From: Bdellovibrionales bacterium
GTDB lineage: Bacteria > Bdellovibrionota > Bdellovibrionia > Bdellovibrionales > JAKFYE01
Assembly: GCA_021731045.1 (NCBI GenBank)
Contig: JAKFYE010000026.1
Location: 32,027 to 96,026, forward strand
Direction of reading: 5' to 3'
DNA length: 64,000 nt
Positions 59,461 to 64,000 of this stretch are shown piece after piece. The translations under genes were made by a program, and so were the position numbers. Numbering within the stretch: the stretch's first letter is position 1; every line of letters begins with the position of its first letter. The notes beneath the pieces were generated by a model, which ran no database searches, was not told the origin of the DNA, and saw nothing but the letters and a program-made list of their open reading frames with translations.

Positions 59461-59841
59461 ATGAAAATACTTTTAGCCGAAGACGATTCAAATATTGTGG
59501 TGGTCATTCGTATGGCCCTACAGAAACTCGGTGGACATGTAGTCATTCATGCAGCAGACGGATTGAAAGCTTTGGATCTTGCACAAGAACAATCTTTTGA
59601 TCTTATTTTACTCGACAGTATGATGCCGGGAAAAGACGGCCTACATGTTTGCCGTGAACTTAAACAAGAGCGTGGATTAGAAACCCCTATTATTTTCTTA
59701 AGCGCAAAATCTCAAGAAAGCGACATCCGTGAGGGCATCGAAATGGGGGCTATTGGCTATATTCAAAAGCCGTTTGACCCTAAAACAATTTGCACGAAAA
59801 TCGATGATCTCCTAGCTAATGTTTTAAGTGAGGCCGCATGA
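59461..59841 (+). CDS. Single-domain response regulator
   Basis: LAEDD, LLDSMMPGKDG, YIQKPF; GGGAGG RBS. Confidence 0.93.
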   Translation: MKILLAEDDSNIVVVIRMALQKLGGHVVIHAADGLKALDLAQEQSFDLILLDSMMPGKDGLHVCRELKQERGLETPIIFLSAKSQESDIREGIEMGAIGYIQKPFDPKTICTKIDDLLANVLSEAA

Positions 59842-61214
59842 AACCATTACGCTTAAAAGTCACATTTTTTACTTTTATGTTAATTCTATTAGGTTGCGGC
59901 TCAACAATTTTCGCTCTTAAAACATTTTTTAACATAAGTGCAGAGAACCAAAGTGTGCGTCAAAGTGTCTTACTGCGCGACTGGGTTGAAGCCTTACCGA
60001 ATCAACCTATTCGCGATGAGATTGTTAAAGACCTACAAATTTCGAGAGCCGAGCTGTCGCCAGTTGAACGACAAAATTCTTTAAGCGACATTATTCAAGC
60101 CTACAACTCCGGCAACCGTGCGTTATTAAAAAAACGTGTCGACGCGTTTATCTCCAACGAAAAAAGATATGTCGCAAATTTATCCCCACAAATTATGCGT
60201 ATGGAACAGCACATGGTTTACTTTGGGGCGATTGTTATTTCTATTCTTTTTGTTGGCTTGATTGGTCTACGCGGATTCATTGTCAGTAATATTTTTGAAC
60301 ATCTTCAAAATACCACTCAACGAATGATAGATTTTTTAAATGGAAAATACAGTTATCAATTTGAAGTTCCTCCACCGAATGAAGTCGGTGATTTACAATC
60401 GACTTTCAATTCAATGGCTCAACGAGTACTTCAAAACGTCGAAGAACTCAAAGCTCTCGATGCTGCAAAATCTGATTTCTTAAATATTGCCAGTCATGAA
60501 CTTCGCACGCCTATGACTTCAATCAAAGGATCTCTCGGATTACTTACCAGCGGTGTAATGGGCGAAATTCCCGAAGAAGCCCTCCAAATGGTAGAAATTG
60601 CCGAAAGTGAAACAAATCGACTCATTCGCTTGATCAACGATATTTTAGACATGGCCAAAATTGAAGCAGGAAAATTTCCATTAAATTTTGATTGGACAAA
60701 TATAAATGCTTTGCTGGAAACCACGCGCGAAGGCTTATTAGGCCTTTCAGGAACTGCCGGTGTTAACGTTCAAGTGAACGCCGAATTATTTGCCGAGTCT
60801 TATGCCGATCGAGACCGTATCCAACAAGTCATTATGAATTTAGCTTCGAACGCAATTAAGTTTAGCCCTAAAGGATCAACCGTCACGATTGGCTGTTTTG
60901 TTGACGAAGACGATATGCTACGTATTTACGTAACCGACCAAGGCCGAGGTATTAGCCCTGAAGATCAAAAATTATTGTTCGAAAAGTTTCGACAAGTGAC
61001 CGGGCCTGACAATCCCCTTGTCCAAGGTACAGGTCTCGGTTTAGCGATTGCGAAGGCTTTAGTCGAAGAACATAATGGGTTTATCGGCGTACACTCAGCT
61101 CCTGGAAAAGGGAGCACGTTCTATTTCACTCTACCTAAATGGCGACATGTTGAGAATGAATCGGATGCCGATACAATTGAACAAAATGATCCTAACTACA
61201 GGGCGGCTGCATGA
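59838..61214 (+). CDS. Sensor histidine kinase (2 TM, HAMP, HisKA, HATPase)
   Basis: EVGDL..FN.M HAMP, SHELRTP, NAIKF, DQGRGI, GTGLGL. Confidence 0.95.
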   Translation: MKPLRLKVTFFTFMLILLGCGSTIFALKTFFNISAENQSVRQSVLLRDWVEALPNQPIRDEIVKDLQISRAELSPVERQNSLSDIIQAYNSGNRALLKKRVDAFISNEKRYVANLSPQIMRMEQHMVYFGAIVISILFVGLIGLRGFIVSNIFEHLQNTTQRMIDFLNGKYSYQFEVPPPNEVGDLQSTFNSMAQRVLQNVEELKALDAAKSDFLNIASHELRTPMTSIKGSLGLLTSGVMGEIPEEALQMVEIAESETNRLIRLINDILDMAKIEAGKFPLNFDWTNINALLETTREGLLGLSGTAGVNVQVNAELFAESYADRDRIQQVIMNLASNAIKFSPKGSTVTIGCFVDEDDMLRIYVTDQGRGISPEDQKLLFEKFRQVTGPDNPLVQGTGLGLAIAKALVEEHNGFIGVHSAPGKGSTFYFTLPKWRHVENESDADTIEQNDPNYRAAA

Positions 61215-61561
61215 GCTTCGACGATATGATGAGTCAATTAAGAAAAGAATACGTTTCGACTTTACCTGAAAAAATTCAAACGATTCGTCATTTTCTAAAT
61301 TCGGGTGATGCGCTTGGCGTCCGCGGCGTTTTTCACAAACTTAAAGGCACTGGCGCCACTTATGGCGTACCCGAATTATCTTCGCTCGGTGAAACATTAG
61401 AAGCTTATGTCGAAAGTAATCCGCAAGATTTAAAATCAGCCGTACCCGATGCACTTGATATTCTCAGCCAAGTTCATGTGTCACGACTAAAAGATGAAGC
61501 TTTCAACATCCAAGCCGACACACGCTTCCTTCGCATCCGCAAACTCATCAAGAAATCTTAA
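61211..61561 (+). CDS. Hpt domain protein
   Basis: FHKLKGTGATYG motif. Confidence 0.9.
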   Translation: MSFDDMMSQLRKEYVSTLPEKIQTIRHFLNSGDALGVRGVFHKLKGTGATYGVPELSSLGETLEAYVESNPQDLKSAVPDALDILSQVHVSRLKDEAFNIQADTRFLRIRKLIKKS

Positions 61562-61590
61562 TTTCTCAACGACACCCTACCAACATAGAC

Positions 61591-61765
61591 TCGCAACTTA
61601 GAATTTATATTTAAATCTCAAATATATCTTAAGCTGGGGGCTTCCTCCATGGTCGCATGAACGCACTTTCGCGCACGTCGTGTGCGCGAATGGACTGCGT
61701 CCACCGTGCGTTCAATCCCCATCTCAAGATATATTTGAGATTTAAATATAAATTCTAAGTTGCGA
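61591..61765. repeat. Palindromic element with perfect 40-bp AT-rich stem and branched GC-rich core
   Basis: 61591-61630 is the exact reverse complement of 61726-61765; core pairs TGAACGCAC/GTGCGTTCA, TTCGCGCAC/GTGCGCGAA and TGGAC/GTCCA. Confidence 0.93.
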
Positions 61766-61875
61766 ACCAATTTCGTTAAAGGTCTTAAGCTTACCCAAGT
61801 TGATACTTATTCACTTAGGACAGAGTGGTATAAAGATTGTTTGATCTTGAAAGTTGTCATGATTAAGCTCGAGAT

Positions 61876-63264
61876 ATGGAATCAATGACTCAAGATCTTT
61901 CTGCAATTGTGGGTGCCAACAATGTTTTGAATGATGCGAGTTCGCTTTTGGACTATGGGCGTGATTGGACTCGTTATTATACGCCGACGCCTAAGGCCGT
62001 TGTGTTTCCTCAGTCGACAGAGCATGTCGCGCAAATCGTAAAATGGGCTTTTAAAAATAAAATTTCGTTGGTTCCTTCTGGTGGACGAACGGGTTTGAGT
62101 GGTGCGGCTGTTGCGAAGAATGGTGAGATTGTTGTTTCATTCGCAAAGATGAATCGCGTGCTTGATTTCAATGAAACAAACATGACCATCACCGTTGAGC
62201 CCGGGATGATTACTGAAGCTCTACAAAATTATGTCGCGGATAAAGGCTATTACTTTCCGGTGGATTTTGCTGCTCGTGGTTCAAGCCAAATTGGCGGTAA
62301 TGTGGCTACGAATGCTGGCGGCATTAAAGTTGTTCGCTACGGATTAATGCGAGATTGGATAGCCGGGCTTGAAGTCGTTACGGGTACGGGCGAAATTTTA
62401 CAACTGAATCAAGGGTTGATTAAAAATGCGACGGGGTATGACCTCCGACATTTATACATTGGCAGTGAAGGCACGCTCGGCTTCATTACTAAAATTACTC
62501 TGAAATACACTCACCCACCTAAACCACTTTCGGTTTTAGTCTTAGGAGTACCCGACACCGAATCTGTGATGAAGGTATTTTCTGAGTTTCGCCAACACAC
62601 TAAACTCATGGCCTTTGAACTTTTCACAGATAAAGCACTGGCTACCGTTTTGGAATCTCATTCCGAACTTTCAAAGCCATTTGAAAATCCGGCCCCAATT
62701 TATATTTTAGTTGAGTACGAAAAAATGAATGCGACAGCTGACGACGAAGCGCTCTCTGTTTTTGAAACCTGCGTAGAGAAAGGTTGGGTTCATGACGGTG
62801 TGTTGTCTCAGAGCGAAACTCAATCTAAAAATTTTTGGGCCCTTCGAGAGTTTATCTCCGAAGCATGCTCTAAATACACGCCTTATAAGAACGATATTTC
62901 CGTTACGATTTCTAATGTTCCCGCATTTATGAAACAAACCAACGACGTCTTTAATAAAGCTTATCCTGATTTAAAGGTGATTTGGTTTGGTCATATTGGC
63001 GACGGAAATTTGCATATTAATATTCTTAAGCCAAAAGAACTACCCATGGACGAATTTGTAAAGCGTTGCCAGCAGGTGGATGCTTTACTTTTTAAAACCA
63101 TCCAACAATTTGGCGGCAGTATTTCGGCTGAGCACGGTGTCGGGTTAAGCAAAAAACCCTTTCTTCACTACACACGTAGTCCCCAAGAAATTGCGCTGAT
63201 GAAATCTATAAAAAAAGTTTTCGATCCCGCCAATATTATTAATCCGGGTAAAGTTTTCGACTAA
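61876..63264 (+). CDS. FAD-binding oxidoreductase, D-2-hydroxyglutarate/D-lactate dehydrogenase family
   Basis: PSGGRTGLSG, IGGNVATNAGG, GSEGTLG, GHIGDGNLH, SAEHGVG, NPGK. Confidence 0.9.
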   Translation: MESMTQDLSAIVGANNVLNDASSLLDYGRDWTRYYTPTPKAVVFPQSTEHVAQIVKWAFKNKISLVPSGGRTGLSGAAVAKNGEIVVSFAKMNRVLDFNETNMTITVEPGMITEALQNYVADKGYYFPVDFAARGSSQIGGNVATNAGGIKVVRYGLMRDWIAGLEVVTGTGEILQLNQGLIKNATGYDLRHLYIGSEGTLGFITKITLKYTHPPKPLSVLVLGVPDTESVMKVFSEFRQHTKLMAFELFTDKALATVLESHSELSKPFENPAPIYILVEYEKMNATADDEALSVFETCVEKGWVHDGVLSQSETQSKNFWALREFISEACSKYTPYKNDISVTISNVPAFMKQTNDVFNKAYPDLKVIWFGHIGDGNLHINILKPKELPMDEFVKRCQQVDALLFKTIQQFGGSISAEHGVGLSKKPFLHYTRSPQEIALMKSIKKVFDPANIINPGKVFD

Positions 63265-63269
63265 TACAG

Positions 63270-64000
63270 CTAATATAATATTCGCGTACGAATATTTGTT
63301 TTGAGTTTGTTGATTTGCTCAACCGCAAGCTTGGCTTGGGTTCGCTCCATATCGATAACAAGGTAACCAATATTCGAGTCCGTTGCTAAGAATTGCGCCG
63401 TGATATTTGCGCCTAAATCCGAAACGATCTTATTGATATCCCTAAGAACTCCCGGCTCGTTTCTATGAATATTAAGAATCCGATCTGCACCTTGGCGTAC
63501 GGGCAAATCTACCTTTGGAAAATTCACGGTCCCAAACGTAGAACCGACTTTGATAAAACGCGTGAGGGCCTCAGAAACTTCGCGTCCAATCGCCTCCTGT
63601 GCTTCTTCAGTGCTACCTCCAATATGCGGAGTCAAAATCACATTGGGTAATCCTTGCAGTTCACTTTTAAAAGGTTCGTCTCCACCCTTAGGTTCGTAAG
63701 GAAACACATCGAGCGCGGCTCCGGCAATATCACCATTTTTAAGAGCCGCAACAAGATCTTCTATTATGACCACACTTCCACGGCTCGCATTAATTAAAAA
63801 ACTTCCTTTTTTCATAAGAGACAATTGTCTTTTTCCAATTAGTTTTGTTGTCTCGGGAGTTTCGGGAACATGAAGAGTTACAAAGTCTGCCATACGCAAA
63901 ACGTCTTCTAAAACTTCCGCTTGCGTAGCATTGCCTAGAGGCAATTTTTTTAGAACATCGAAAAAAATCACGCTGAGTCCTAAAGCTTCTGCTAGCACGC
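63270..64000 (-). CDS. serA: D-3-phosphoglycerate dehydrogenase (5' part outside the window)
   Basis: LHVP, INASRG, DVFP.EP, TPHIGGSTEEAQ, C-terminal ACT domain HRNEPGVL. Confidence 0.95.
   Translation of the reverse strand, partial: VLAEALGLSVIFFDVLKKLPLGNATQAEVLEDVLRMADFVTLHVPETPETTKLIGKRQLSLMKKGSFLINASRGSVVIIEDLVAALKNGDIAGAALDVFPYEPKGGDEPFKSELQGLPNVILTPHIGGSTEEAQEAIGREVSEALTRFIKVGSTFGTVNFPKVDLPVRQGADRILNIHRNEPGVLRDINKIVSDLGANITAQFLATDSNIGYLVIDMERTQAKLAVEQINKLKTNIRTRILY

Overview
64-kb chromosomal window from an AT-leaning bacterium, very probably a predatory Bdellovibrionota (inferred from a RomR-type polarity regulator, bacterial topoisomerase VI, mitochondrial-type aconitase, a Flp-type pilin and many secreted orphan proteins). 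Core content: two two-component/Hpt clusters (1-4171 and 58742-61561), secreted hydrolases (NPP, S1/P1-type nuclease, Ntn acylase, alpha/beta hydrolase), clsB plus EEP, prs-rplY-pth-ychF, oppABC, a TPR-Slt transglycosylase, radA, glpK, a minimal eutB-eutC-eutL unit, def-fmt-rpe-hutHUI, lptG, romR-nadC-birA, top6B-top6A-aconitase-yebC, bolA-grxD, an FAD-linked dehydrogenase and partial serA. No rRNA, tRNA, CRISPR array or transposase was seen. The most unusual signals are non-coding or unannotated: (i) two inverted copies of a ~270-bp hairpin element whose stems differ by 11 mirrored (compensatory) changes while the core is ~95% identical, plus four other long-stem palindromes; (ii) a small island at 34.0-35.5 kb with a 13-copy 19-bp REP-derived tandem array, an unannotated 43-aa amphipathic peptide gene with type I toxin-antitoxin-like architecture, and a DUF1566/C-type-lectin-like gene whose 3' end looks like a DGR variable region; (iii) a shared TGTC-N9-GAC(A/G) box plus sigma54-type promoter upstream of several secreted orphan genes; (iv) an aconitase with a histone-H1-like basic N-terminal tail. 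All product calls come from motif recognition by eye, with no database search.
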